NCBI GenBank assembly: GCA_018674495.1
Contig: JABHAA010000156.1
Location: 7,928-71,927 of the forward strand
Origin: Rhodospirillaceae bacterium
Lineage (GTDB): Bacteria; Pseudomonadota; Alphaproteobacteria; Rhodospirillales; UBA2165
Reading direction: 5' to 3'
Length of the DNA: 64,000 nt
The position numbers and the translations under genes are program-made. Each line of letters begins with the position of its first letter. The stretch's first letter is position 1. This document shows, piece by piece, positions 36,925-46,287 of this stretch. The notes under the pieces were generated by a model, which saw only the letters and a list, made by a program, of their open reading frames with translations, was not told the origin of the DNA and searched no databases.

Positions 36925-38889
36925 ATGTCCGAAATTGCCAGCAATTTGTTCGATGAGGCCTTCGGATATCACCGGAACGGCAATTTTGCGCAAGCCATTC
37001 GGCTATATCAGAAATGCCTCGAGGCGAATGCGAAAAATGCCGATGCATGGCATTTGTTGGGCCTGGCTTTGTACCAGTCCGGACAACCGGAAAACGGCGC
37101 GCAAAATATCCGGCGCGCGATCGAATTGGACCCGCACCGCGATCTGTTCCATACAAATTTGGCAACCGTCTTAATCGCGCTTCAGCAACACCAAGAAGCC
37201 GCCGACGCCGCGCGCCAGGCGATCGAATTGAACGCAAAGGACGGTGATGCCCATCATAATTTGGGTGTCGCTCTCTTGGAGTTGGGTGATGCACTTGTCG
37301 CCGAGGAAGCCCTGCAAGCCGCCGTGCATATCCAGCCAACGAACGCCGAATTTTTGAATAATCTGGGTATCGCCTTAAACCGGCGCGGAATGACCGAGCC
37401 GGCCGAAAACGCCTTCCGCCGGGCCTTAAAAGCGGATCCTACATCCGCCACGGCGGCGGCGAACAGGGCCGAGGCCCTGGCTTCGCTTGGCCGCAACCAA
37501 GAGGCCCTGGCGCTCCTGCAAAATCAGGCCGCTCAAGCTCCGAATTCCGCGCAATTGTTCCGCTCCATGGGCAAAATTCTAATGTCAGAAGGGCGCATGA
37601 TCGAGGCGGTAAATGCGTTTGAGAAATGGTTGGCGCTGGCGCCTGAAGAATTGGGCGCCAAGGTAGCTTTGGCCAGCGCGGTCTCGTTTGCCGGTGATAC
37701 GGTCCGCGCCGAAGTCTTGATCAACGATGTCTTACGCCACGAGCCCGATAATCCTGAGATGCTGCATGCCCTGGGGCTCATCCGCCAACGGCAAGGATCT
37801 CACGATGAAGCCGAAGCGCTATTAATGAGAGTCATCAAGGCTGACCCCAAGCGCGCTCAGGCCTATTTCGATCTGATTGGCGCCACCGGTCGTTCCCTGG
37901 ATGGCGAAATATTGAACGGACTGAAGTCACTGTCCAAATCCAGCGAAAAATTTGGTTCCGTATACACCCGCGCCCATTATACCCTCGCCCACCATTTCGA
38001 CCATAGCGGCCAATTTGATCATGCGGCAGAATATCTCCGCATAGCCAATGATGCCCGCCGGGCGCAGCTCGCCAAATCAGGGCATACATTTGATGTCGGC
38101 GATCATTCGCGCCTGATCGATAGAATCGTTCAGTCATTTACGCCAGCCTTGCTGGCCAACCCGCCGGCAATGGGATCGGACAGCGCGTTGCCGGTTTTCG
38201 TGGTCGGCATGCCACGATCCGGCACCACGTTGATCGACCGAATTGTGGCCACTCACACATCGGGCGGCGGCGTGGGCGAGCTGACCTATATGGAGGCCAT
38301 TGCGGGCAAAGATCCCCAATCACTGACAAGTCTGAGCGGGTTCCGTTTGCGCCAGATCGCGGACGACTATATCGGGCTGCTGAAGGAGCATGACAACAAC
38401 GCCATTCGCATCGTCGATAAATTTCCGGCCAACTTCATGCATCTTGGGTTTATCCGGCTGTTGTTTCCCAACGCCTATATCATCCATTGCCGCCGTGATG
38501 TCCGCGACGTGGGTCTTTCCTGCTATTATCATGATTTTACCAATCCCGTAGCCTGGTCAAGAAATCTAACGGATATTGGACACTACATTATAGGATACCG
38601 GCGGCTGATGACCCATTGGCGGGAAACAATTGGGGGCCGGTTTCTGGAATTCGAGTATGAATCCCTGGTCGCCGATCCGGAAATCTGCATCAAAGAGCTA
38701 ATCGCGTTCCTTGACCTTCCATGGGATCCCGTTTGTCTGGATTTTCACCAAACCAGCGGCGAAGTGCACACCGCTTCCGCCCGCCAGGTACGCGAGCCGA
38801 TTAACGACCGTTCCATCAGCCGATGGAAAAACTATCAAGACTTGCTGGCGCCGATGATCTCGGTGTTGGATGCGGAAATTACCCGATAA
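36925..38889 (+). CDS. TPR-repeat sulfotransferase (TPST/RaxST-like catalytic domain), paralog 2
   Basis: 654 aa: TPR units, then VVGMPRSGTTLIDR and IHCRRDVRDVGLSCY. The catalytic half is colinear with the 30986-32938 product. Confidence 0.85.
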   Translation: MSEIASNLFDEAFGYHRNGNFAQAIRLYQKCLEANAKNADAWHLLGLALYQSGQPENGAQNIRRAIELDPHRDLFHTNLATVLIALQQHQEAADAARQAIELNAKDGDAHHNLGVALLELGDALVAEEALQAAVHIQPTNAEFLNNLGIALNRRGMTEPAENAFRRALKADPTSATAAANRAEALASLGRNQEALALLQNQAAQAPNSAQLFRSMGKILMSEGRMIEAVNAFEKWLALAPEELGAKVALASAVSFAGDTVRAEVLINDVLRHEPDNPEMLHALGLIRQRQGSHDEAEALLMRVIKADPKRAQAYFDLIGATGRSLDGEILNGLKSLSKSSEKFGSVYTRAHYTLAHHFDHSGQFDHAAEYLRIANDARRAQLAKSGHTFDVGDHSRLIDRIVQSFTPALLANPPAMGSDSALPVFVVGMPRSGTTLIDRIVATHTSGGGVGELTYMEAIAGKDPQSLTSLSGFRLRQIADDYIGLLKEHDNNAIRIVDKFPANFMHLGFIRLLFPNAYIIHCRRDVRDVGLSCYYHDFTNPVAWSRNLTDIGHYIIGYRRLMTHWRETIGGRFLEFEYESLVADPEICIKELIAFLDLPWDPVCLDFHQTSGEVHTASARQVREPINDRSISRWKNYQDLLAPMISVLDAEITR

Positions 38890-38898
38890 TTGGCTCTA

Positions 38899-40872
38899 TT
38901 AGGTGCCGCCGGTAGCCTCGTTCCAGGCCAGCCGGTAGGCGGCTTCCAATTTTTCGGTAAATTCAGCCACCCGGCCAAGAGACGCGCCCCTCAGCCGGCC
39001 TCGCAATTCGGGCCTCAAGGCGCGCAATTTTTCCCGATCGGCCGCCAGCCCAGCGGCGATGGCGATATAGGCGTCTGGTGAGCCAGCGATCAATTCATCC
39101 AGTTGCATCTGGCTAAGAAGGCTAAGCCCCACGCGGGCGTCGGCGCGCTGGCCAGTCATGGTGATCACTGGCACACCCATCCACAAGGCCTCAGCTGTGG
39201 TGGTGGTGCCGTTATAGGGAAACGGATCGAGGGCGATATCCACTTTCCCATATTGCGCCAGATGATCGCGCCGCTCCGCCTGTGCGCCGAGCAAACTCAG
39301 CCGGGCGGGCTCGATACCGTGGCGCGCGAAGGCTGCCTCAATATGCCGGCGGTTGGAGTCGTACTTGAGGCGTTGGTCTTTCAGGCACAGGCGGGCGTCC
39401 GGGACAGCATCCAAAACCCCGGCCCAAAGCCGGATCACGTCGGCGTTGAGCTTGGCGATATTATTGAACGAAGCGAAGGTGATGAAGCCGTTTTCGGCCA
39501 CCGGCGCTGGCCCCGGTTCCACATCTTCGCCGGCGCCTGCGAAACAGTGAAAGCCGCCATCGATGCGCAGGATTTTTTCCACCGAACAGTCATCGGCGGC
39601 GCCCGCCGGCTCGCACCATTCATCGGATATGCGGTAATCTATGGCGGCCAGCCCGACCGTGCCGGGATATCCGAGATAGCTTATTTGCACCGGCGCCGGG
39701 CGCAACGCGAATACGCCAAGGCGGTGACCGCCGGTATGGCCGGACAGATCCACCAGGATATGAATGCCGTCGCGGCGAATGGTTTCGGCCAGGCTTGCAT
39801 CGCTTAAAGCCGCCGTCTCGCGCCAGCCGTCGGCATCGGCCTTGATGGATTTGGTCAGGCTATCTTCGCTCTCCAACCCGGAATAACAAGTAATGTGAAA
39901 CTGCTCCCGGTCGTGGGCGGCGATGATCGAAGCCATGAACAGACCCACCGAGTGACCGCCCAGATCGGCCGACACATAGCCGATGCGCAAAACCTCTCCG
40001 GCGGCGAGCAGCGGCGCGGCCGGCGGTATCGCATCGATTTCAGCGGCGAAGCCAGCGCCCCAGTCCCGGTGCAGATGATATAGCTCTTCGGCGCTTAAGT
40101 CTTTGATATAATGGCTGAAAAATAGACGCTTGTGGTGCGCGTCTGCAAGGCCGGGATCCTGTTCGAGGGCTTTTTCCAGCGCCTGCAACGCGCCCGGCAC
40201 ATCGGCCTCGGCCATGCGAAGGTTGGCAAGATTAAGATACGCCGGTGCGAAATCGGGCGCTAGGCGGAGCGCACAGTCAAGCAGCGCGGCGGCCTTTTCG
40301 AGGCCGCCGATGCGGATGGCCACGTCGGCGTAGCTGGTCAGTAGGGATACGTTGTCCGGGGACAACTCCTGCGCCGCCCGATAGCTGGCCTCCGCATCCC
40401 CATAGCGGCGAAGGCGCGCCAAGGCGTTGGCCAGATTGGAGTGAGCTTCCCAGTTGTCCTGCTCGCCATGATCGATGGCGGCGCGCAGCCATTTTTCGGC
40501 CAGATTATTTTGCCGGCGCTGCAAACAAAGTGTGCCGTAGTTATAGGCCGCACCGCCATCGCCGGGATTCAAGTCCAGACACGCCGTCCAAGCCTCGGCG
40601 GCGCCGTCCGGATCGCCCTTGAAATACAATATTTGACCAAGGCCACTTAAATAGGCGGCGCTGGCAGGAACCAAGGCCAGGGCTTGGCGCACCAACTGCT
40701 CCGCAAGGGCGCCGTCGCCTTCCTGCAGAGCGAGCATGCCGCGCAAGTGCAACGCGCCGTCATTGCCCGGCTCCGTGTCGATGATGGCATCGTAGATCGG
40801 ACGGGCGTGCCCAAGCCGGCCGGCCAGATGCAGGCGGCGGGCGTCATCTAGGCTGGTTGGCGCCGGGCTCAT
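38899..40872 (-). CDS. TPR-repeat GT41 glycosyltransferase (O-GlcNAc transferase / SPINDLY-like)
   Basis: N-terminal TPR units. The C-terminal half has RIGYVSADLGGHSVG, ISYLGYPGT and DPFPYNGTTTTAEALWMGVPV, typical of bacterial OGT/SPY homologues. Start taken at ATG 40872; an upstream TTG at 40890 is possible. Confidence 0.85.
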   Translation of the reverse strand: MSPAPTSLDDARRLHLAGRLGHARPIYDAIIDTEPGNDGALHLRGMLALQEGDGALAEQLVRQALALVPASAAYLSGLGQILYFKGDPDGAAEAWTACLDLNPGDGGAAYNYGTLCLQRRQNNLAEKWLRAAIDHGEQDNWEAHSNLANALARLRRYGDAEASYRAAQELSPDNVSLLTSYADVAIRIGGLEKAAALLDCALRLAPDFAPAYLNLANLRMAEADVPGALQALEKALEQDPGLADAHHKRLFFSHYIKDLSAEELYHLHRDWGAGFAAEIDAIPPAAPLLAAGEVLRIGYVSADLGGHSVGLFMASIIAAHDREQFHITCYSGLESEDSLTKSIKADADGWRETAALSDASLAETIRRDGIHILVDLSGHTGGHRLGVFALRPAPVQISYLGYPGTVGLAAIDYRISDEWCEPAGAADDCSVEKILRIDGGFHCFAGAGEDVEPGPAPVAENGFITFASFNNIAKLNADVIRLWAGVLDAVPDARLCLKDQRLKYDSNRRHIEAAFARHGIEPARLSLLGAQAERRDHLAQYGKVDIALDPFPYNGTTTTAEALWMGVPVITMTGQRADARVGLSLLSQMQLDELIAGSPDAYIAIAAGLAADREKLRALRPELRGRLRGASLGRVAEFTEKLEAAYRLAWNEATGGT

Positions 40873-41034
40873 GGTTACCCGAACTATCAAGAAAGCGGGC
40901 CGCCGTCGAGCCCGGCCTCAATTTTGCGTAGCACCCGCAGTTTGGGCTGGCGGCGCGTGGCCGCAGCACATATAATTGGCGGGCGCTCCAGACAAATTGA
41001 TGAAAATTATAGGGCTTCAATCGGCCGAATTGAC

Positions 41035-41607
41035 ATGTTGCGATTTTTTAAAAATTCCCACGTTCCGAGAGGCCGGTTTCACGGCTGGCGCGGCATCGCC
41101 GCCGCGTCGATTATGGTGCTGCTTTCGGCCTGTGAAAGCGAATATTTCAACGCGGAAACGGTGGAGAAGGATCCCAACGCGGGTGATCATCCGACCGAGG
41201 GCTCGATCCTTGGCGGCGACGGCGCCAGTTTCCTGTTCGGCCCATCGGGACCCTCTAAAATCCAGCCGGGTGGTGGCGGTAGCGGCGTCGGTGTCAACGC
41301 CTATCTTTGGCGAGCTACGTTGGATACCATGTCAATCTGGCCGGTGACCTCCGCCGATCCGTTCGGCGGCGTTATTATCACCGATTGGTACGCACCGCCA
41401 ACCACGCCCAACGAACGCTTCAAATTGAACATCTATATCCTTGACCGGGCCTTGCGCGCCGATGGCGTGCGGGTATCTGTGTTTCGCCAGCAACGCACCG
41501 GCAGCGGCACTTGGCGCAACGCCATCGCGCAGCCGCAAACCGCATCCCAGATTGAAAACGCGATCCTCACTCGCGCCCGCCAATTTCGTAACCAATCGGT
41601 CCAGTAA
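41035..41607 (+). CDS. lipoprotein of unknown function (DUF3576-like, leuS-linked)
   Basis: Trimmed to ATG 41035. Lipobox LLSAC. Position immediately upstream of leuS as in many alphaproteobacteria. The family name is from memory and was not searched. Confidence 0.55.
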   Translation: MLRFFKNSHVPRGRFHGWRGIAAASIMVLLSACESEYFNAETVEKDPNAGDHPTEGSILGGDGASFLFGPSGPSKIQPGGGGSGVGVNAYLWRATLDTMSIWPVTSADPFGGVIITDWYAPPTTPNERFKLNIYILDRALRADGVRVSVFRQQRTGSGTWRNAIAQPQTASQIENAILTRARQFRNQSVQ

Positions 41608-41660
41608 GCTATCCCGGCCATGGCCGGTAGCCAGCCAAATTATTAGACACCGGAACAGCC

Positions 41661-44216
41661 ATGGCCCGATATAATTCAAAGCAGTCCGAGCACCATTGGC
41701 AGCAGGAATGGGAACGATCCGGCAGTTTCACGGCCGCTGAAGACAGCCCGTCGCCCAAATATTACGTCCTCGAAATGTTTCCCTATCCGTCGGGACGCAT
41801 TCATATGGGCCATGTGCGTAATTACACCCTCGGCGATGTGGTGGCGCGTTACAAAAAGGCCCGTGGTTTCAATGTGTTACATCCCATGGGCTGGGATGCA
41901 TTTGGGCTACCGGCGGAAAACGCGGCCATCGCCAACAAGGTGCCGCCGAAGACCTGGACCGACGACAATATCGCCGCCATGCGGACCCAATTGAAGTCCA
42001 TGGGCTTGTCCTATGACTGGAACCGGGAATTCGCTACGTGCGATCCCGATTATTACCGGCACGAGCAGAAAATGTTTCTGGATTTTCTGGCCGCCGGCCT
42101 CGCCTACCGGAAAGAATCCTGGGTAAACTGGGATCCGGTGGAAAACACCGTATTAGCCAACGAACAGGTCATTGATGGCCTCGGCTGGCGCTCCGGAGCG
42201 CCGGTGGAGAAAAAGCGCCTGGCCCAATGGTTCCTCAAAATCACGGAATTTTCCGAAGATTTGCTGAATGGGCTGGAACAACTGGACCGCTGGCCGGACC
42301 GGGTGCGGCTGATGCAGGAAAACTGGATTGGCCGCTCCGAGGGCATGCGTGTCTTATTCGAAATCGAAGAACGGCCAGAACGGCTGGAGGTGTACACAAC
42401 CCGCGCCGACACCCTGTTCGGCGCCGCCTTTTGCGCCATCGCTGCGACCCATCCCCTGGCCGAGGAACTAGCCGGCAAAAACTCCGAACTTACCGAATTT
42501 GTCGCCGAATGTAATCGCCTCGGAACCAGCGAAGCGGCCATAGAAACGGCAGAAAAGAAGGGGTTTGATACAGGGCTTAAGGTCAAACATCCGTTTACCC
42601 CGGGCGCCACCCTGCCCCTCTATGTGGCCAATTTCGTGCTTATGGAATACGGCACCGGCGCCATCTTCGGATGTCCCGCCCACGATCAACGAGATTTGGA
42701 TTTCGCCCGCAAATACGATTTGCCGGTGGTACCCGTGGTTGCCCCGAACGACACCGACGCGAAAACATTCCAGATTGGCAACGAAGCCTATGTAGGCGAA
42801 GGCCGGCACATAAATTCCGGCTTTCTGGACGGGCTCGATATCGCCGAAGCCAAGCGCGTGGTCGCCGAACGGCTGGAAAATGACGAACAGGGCCGGCGCG
42901 AAGTAAATTACCGGCTGCGCGACTGGGGGGTTTCCCGTCAGCGCTATTGGGGTTGCCCGATCCCGGTTATAAATTGTCCCGACTGCGGTATTGTTCCGGT
43001 ACCGGAACAAGATTTACCGGTTCAATTGCCGGACGATATTGGTTTGGACGCGCCCGGCAACCCGTTGGCCAATCACCCATCTTGGAAATCCGCTCCCTGC
43101 CCCCAATGCGGCATGGACGCGGAGCGCGAAACCGACACGTTTGATACGTTTTTTGAATCGTCCTGGTATTTTTCCCGTTTCGCCAGCCCCGATGCGGAAG
43201 GCGGACTGGATAAAAATACGGTCGATCACTGGCTCCCCGTGGATCAGTATATCGGCGGTATCGAACATGCGGTACTGCATCTTTTGTATTCCCGGTTTTT
43301 CACCCGGGCGCTAAAGAAATGCGGTTATGTAGGGTTCGATGAGCCCTTCGCCGGACTGATGACCCAAGGCATGGTGTGCCACGAAACCTATCGGGACGCG
43401 GATGGTAACTGGCTGTTTCCCGAAGAAGTGACGTTGGTGGACGGCAAGATGGTTTTGCGCGAAGGCGGGGCCGCGGTCACCGTCGGGCGCTCCGAGAAAA
43501 TGAGCAAGTCGCGCAAAAACGTCGTCGATCCGGAGGAGATTATCGGCGAATACGGCGCCGACACGGCGCGCCTGTTCATGCTGTCCGACAGCCCGCCGGA
43601 ACGGGATCTGGACTGGACCGAGGCTGGGATCGACGGTGCGTGGCGTTATATCAACCGCTTGTGGCGGCTGGTGTTCGAGCCGAAAATCCCCCTTGATGGC
43701 AGCGACGGCGAAACCACCAGCGATGCGGCGACCGACAGCCTTCGGCGCGCCATGCACCAAACTGTCCATGCGGTCGGTGACGATCTTGACAAGATTCACT
43801 TCAACAAAGCGGTGGCCCGCATCCGTGAATTTTCCAACCAGTTGGAAGGCTTTACCGCTGATACGCCCGGCGCCGGCGCTCTCTACCGGGAGGGGCTGGA
43901 GGCGCTCATCCGACTGGCGGCACCGATGATTCCGCATTTGGCCGAAGAAATGTGGCAAGGGCTCGGCCACACCACGCTGGTCGCCGAGGCGCCCTGGCCC
44001 GACCATGATGCGGCCATGCTCATCGACGATCAAGTTACCGTGGCGGTTCAGGTTAACGGCAAAATGCGCGGCTCCATTGAATTGCCCAAGAATTCTGATC
44101 AACAGGATGTCGAGACCATTGCTTTTGGTTTGGATACGGTCAATAACGCCATTGAGGGGCGTGATATCCGAAAAATTATTTATGTACCCAACCGCATCCT
44201 CAATGTGGTCGTATGA
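41661..44216 (+). CDS. leuS: leucine--tRNA ligase
   Basis: 851 aa with HMGH (HIGH) and KMSKS motifs. Confidence 0.95.
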   Translation: MARYNSKQSEHHWQQEWERSGSFTAAEDSPSPKYYVLEMFPYPSGRIHMGHVRNYTLGDVVARYKKARGFNVLHPMGWDAFGLPAENAAIANKVPPKTWTDDNIAAMRTQLKSMGLSYDWNREFATCDPDYYRHEQKMFLDFLAAGLAYRKESWVNWDPVENTVLANEQVIDGLGWRSGAPVEKKRLAQWFLKITEFSEDLLNGLEQLDRWPDRVRLMQENWIGRSEGMRVLFEIEERPERLEVYTTRADTLFGAAFCAIAATHPLAEELAGKNSELTEFVAECNRLGTSEAAIETAEKKGFDTGLKVKHPFTPGATLPLYVANFVLMEYGTGAIFGCPAHDQRDLDFARKYDLPVVPVVAPNDTDAKTFQIGNEAYVGEGRHINSGFLDGLDIAEAKRVVAERLENDEQGRREVNYRLRDWGVSRQRYWGCPIPVINCPDCGIVPVPEQDLPVQLPDDIGLDAPGNPLANHPSWKSAPCPQCGMDAERETDTFDTFFESSWYFSRFASPDAEGGLDKNTVDHWLPVDQYIGGIEHAVLHLLYSRFFTRALKKCGYVGFDEPFAGLMTQGMVCHETYRDADGNWLFPEEVTLVDGKMVLREGGAAVTVGRSEKMSKSRKNVVDPEEIIGEYGADTARLFMLSDSPPERDLDWTEAGIDGAWRYINRLWRLVFEPKIPLDGSDGETTSDAATDSLRRAMHQTVHAVGDDLDKIHFNKAVARIREFSNQLEGFTADTPGAGALYREGLEALIRLAAPMIPHLAEEMWQGLGHTTLVAEAPWPDHDAAMLIDDQVTVAVQVNGKMRGSIELPKNSDQQDVETIAFGLDTVNNAIEGRDIRKIIYVPNRILNVVV

Positions 44217-44217
44217 C

Positions 44218-44733
44218 ATGATCCGAATTTTAAATACTGGCCTGTTAGTCATTATCATCGGCCTTTTGAGCGGCTGTGGATTTACACCGGTCTATAGCGG
44301 TACCTCTGGCGATAAAGTTAAACATGATCTCTCTTCGATTGGCGTCGAGCCGATCAAGGACCGTATCGGCCAGCGCTTGCGCAATCATCTGATTGACATC
44401 ATCAATCCCGCCGGACGCCCGGCGAAACCTGTATATTCGTTGTCGATCGACTTGAGAGAATCCAAGCAAACCCTGGCGGTTCAGAAGACCGAGATCGCCA
44501 CCCGCGCTAATTTGCGGTTTACCGCCAGGTTCGGGCTAGCCCGGCGCGGCCAGTCTGGCGCGCTGCTGACCGGGCAATCCACCAGCATCACCAGCTATAA
44601 TATTCTGACCTCTGAATTTGCGACGCTGGCTGCGGAACGCAATGCCCGCGACCGGGCAGCCCGCGAACTGAGTATTGAAATAGCCAACCAATTGGCGATT
44701 TTCCTGCAGCCGACCGGGACCGCCGCGCCGTGA
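44218..44733 (+). CDS. lptE: LPS-assembly lipoprotein LptE
   Basis: ATG 44218 lies directly after the leuS stop. Lipobox LLSGC. Conserved leuS-lptE-holA order. Confidence 0.75.
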   Translation: MIRILNTGLLVIIIGLLSGCGFTPVYSGTSGDKVKHDLSSIGVEPIKDRIGQRLRNHLIDIINPAGRPAKPVYSLSIDLRESKQTLAVQKTEIATRANLRFTARFGLARRGQSGALLTGQSTSITSYNILTSEFATLAAERNARDRAARELSIEIANQLAIFLQPTGTAAP

Positions 44734-45752
44734 AATTGGCGGCGGCCAAGGTTTCGGGTTTTCTCAAATCCGCAGGTACGAACGCCTCTGCCGTCTTGAT
44801 TTATGGAAATGACCGGGGTCTGGTGCGCGAGCGGGTTGAGACATTGGGCCGCGGCGTGGTCGATGATTTGAACGATCCGTTCCGAGTGACCGAGCTGAAA
44901 TCCGGCGATGTGCGCGGCGATCCAGCGCGCCTCGCCGACGAGGTGGCGGCGCAGTCGATGATCGGTGGGCGCAGACTGGTATTGCTGCGTATCGACGGCA
45001 CCGACATATCGAAATCGCTGGCCGCCGTTCTCGACGATTTCATTGGTGACGCCATGCTTATTGTCGAGGCCGGTGAATTGGGGCCGCGCGCCCCGGTGCG
45101 CAAATTGTTCGAGGCCGACAGGAACGCTGTTGCCATCGCCTGCTACGCCGATGACGAGCGTGCTATCGAAAGCCTGATCGAGACGGTGCTCGGCAGCCAC
45201 GGCATCAGTGCTGATCCGGATGCCAAAAACCATCTGATCAAACAGTTGGGATCGGATCATATGGTATCGCGCCGTGAGTTGGAAAAACTTGCATTGTATG
45301 CGGGTGAAAAGACCTCCGTATCGTTGGAAGACGTTGTTCAGATCGTCGGCGACAATGGCGCCTTGTCGCTGGAGGAGATTGCCTATGCCACCGCCGGGGG
45401 CGACGGCGATCAGTTGGAACGGCTGCTGGCCCGGGCCTTCCGCGAAAGTCAGTCGCCGGTCGGCATCCTGCGCGCCGTGTTGCGCCATTTTCAGAAACTG
45501 CATATGGGCGCCGGGCTCATGGGTCAGGGAAAATCTTCGGAACAGGCGATGAAACAGTTGCGCCCGCCGATCCTATTTTTATTTGCCGGGCGTTTTAGCC
45601 GACAACTGGGTTTGTGGAACCTGGGCCGTGTCCGCTCGGCCATGGCCCTGTTGGGCGAGGCTGAGCGTGATTGCAAATCCACTGGTCTTCCCGATGAAGC
45701 GGTGTGCCACCGGGCGCTGATCCGGCTGGCCATGGCGGCGCGGGCCCACTAG
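44730..45752 (+). CDS. holA: DNA polymerase III subunit delta
   Basis: 340 aa. The GTG start overlaps the lptE stop. Length, position and helical C-terminus fit HolA. Confidence 0.8.
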   Translation: MKLAAAKVSGFLKSAGTNASAVLIYGNDRGLVRERVETLGRGVVDDLNDPFRVTELKSGDVRGDPARLADEVAAQSMIGGRRLVLLRIDGTDISKSLAAVLDDFIGDAMLIVEAGELGPRAPVRKLFEADRNAVAIACYADDERAIESLIETVLGSHGISADPDAKNHLIKQLGSDHMVSRRELEKLALYAGEKTSVSLEDVVQIVGDNGALSLEEIAYATAGGDGDQLERLLARAFRESQSPVGILRAVLRHFQKLHMGAGLMGQGKSSEQAMKQLRPPILFLFAGRFSRQLGLWNLGRVRSAMALLGEAERDCKSTGLPDEAVCHRALIRLAMAARAH

Positions 45753-45756
45753 ACCG

Positions 45757-46242
45757 ATGACCGACACTGCCCCAGATTTTGCCTTTACCTCGCCGGACCG
45801 GGACCGGTATTTCGAAGATTATGAGGCCGGTGCCGTCCACGTACTTGGCCAGGTGCGCGTCGATGGGGCCAAAATGTTGGCTTTTTCCCAGGAATTTGAT
45901 CCCCAGGACATTCATATTGACGCCTCCAAGGCCGCCAGTGGCCCGTTTCGGGGGCTCATTGCCAGCGGCTGGTACACCACAAGCCTTATGATGCCTTTTT
46001 TAGCCCGTAATTTTCTATCCAATGTTTCCAGTCTCGCCTCGCCCGGTATCGACGGGCTGCGCTGGCTGGCACCGGTGCGCGCTGATGATACTTTGACTAT
46101 CCGTGTAACCATTATCGAGACCCGCTTGTCGGCATCAAAGCCGGACCGGGGCATCGTCCGAACATTGATCGAAGTGATCAATCAGGATGACATATTGGTC
46201 ATGGATATTAAGGGTGTAAACCTGGTTGCCTGCCGCAAATAA
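45757..46242 (+). CDS. MaoC-like (R)-specific enoyl-CoA hydratase / hotdog-fold dehydratase
   Basis: 161 aa with MaoC-type FSQEFDPQDIHID...GLIASGW motif. Confidence 0.8.
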   Translation: MTDTAPDFAFTSPDRDRYFEDYEAGAVHVLGQVRVDGAKMLAFSQEFDPQDIHIDASKAASGPFRGLIASGWYTTSLMMPFLARNFLSNVSSLASPGIDGLRWLAPVRADDTLTIRVTIIETRLSASKPDRGIVRTLIEVINQDDILVMDIKGVNLVACRK

Positions 46243-46287
46243 CCGCCAAAACCGGCGCACTTACTTTACAAACAATGATTGAATAAC

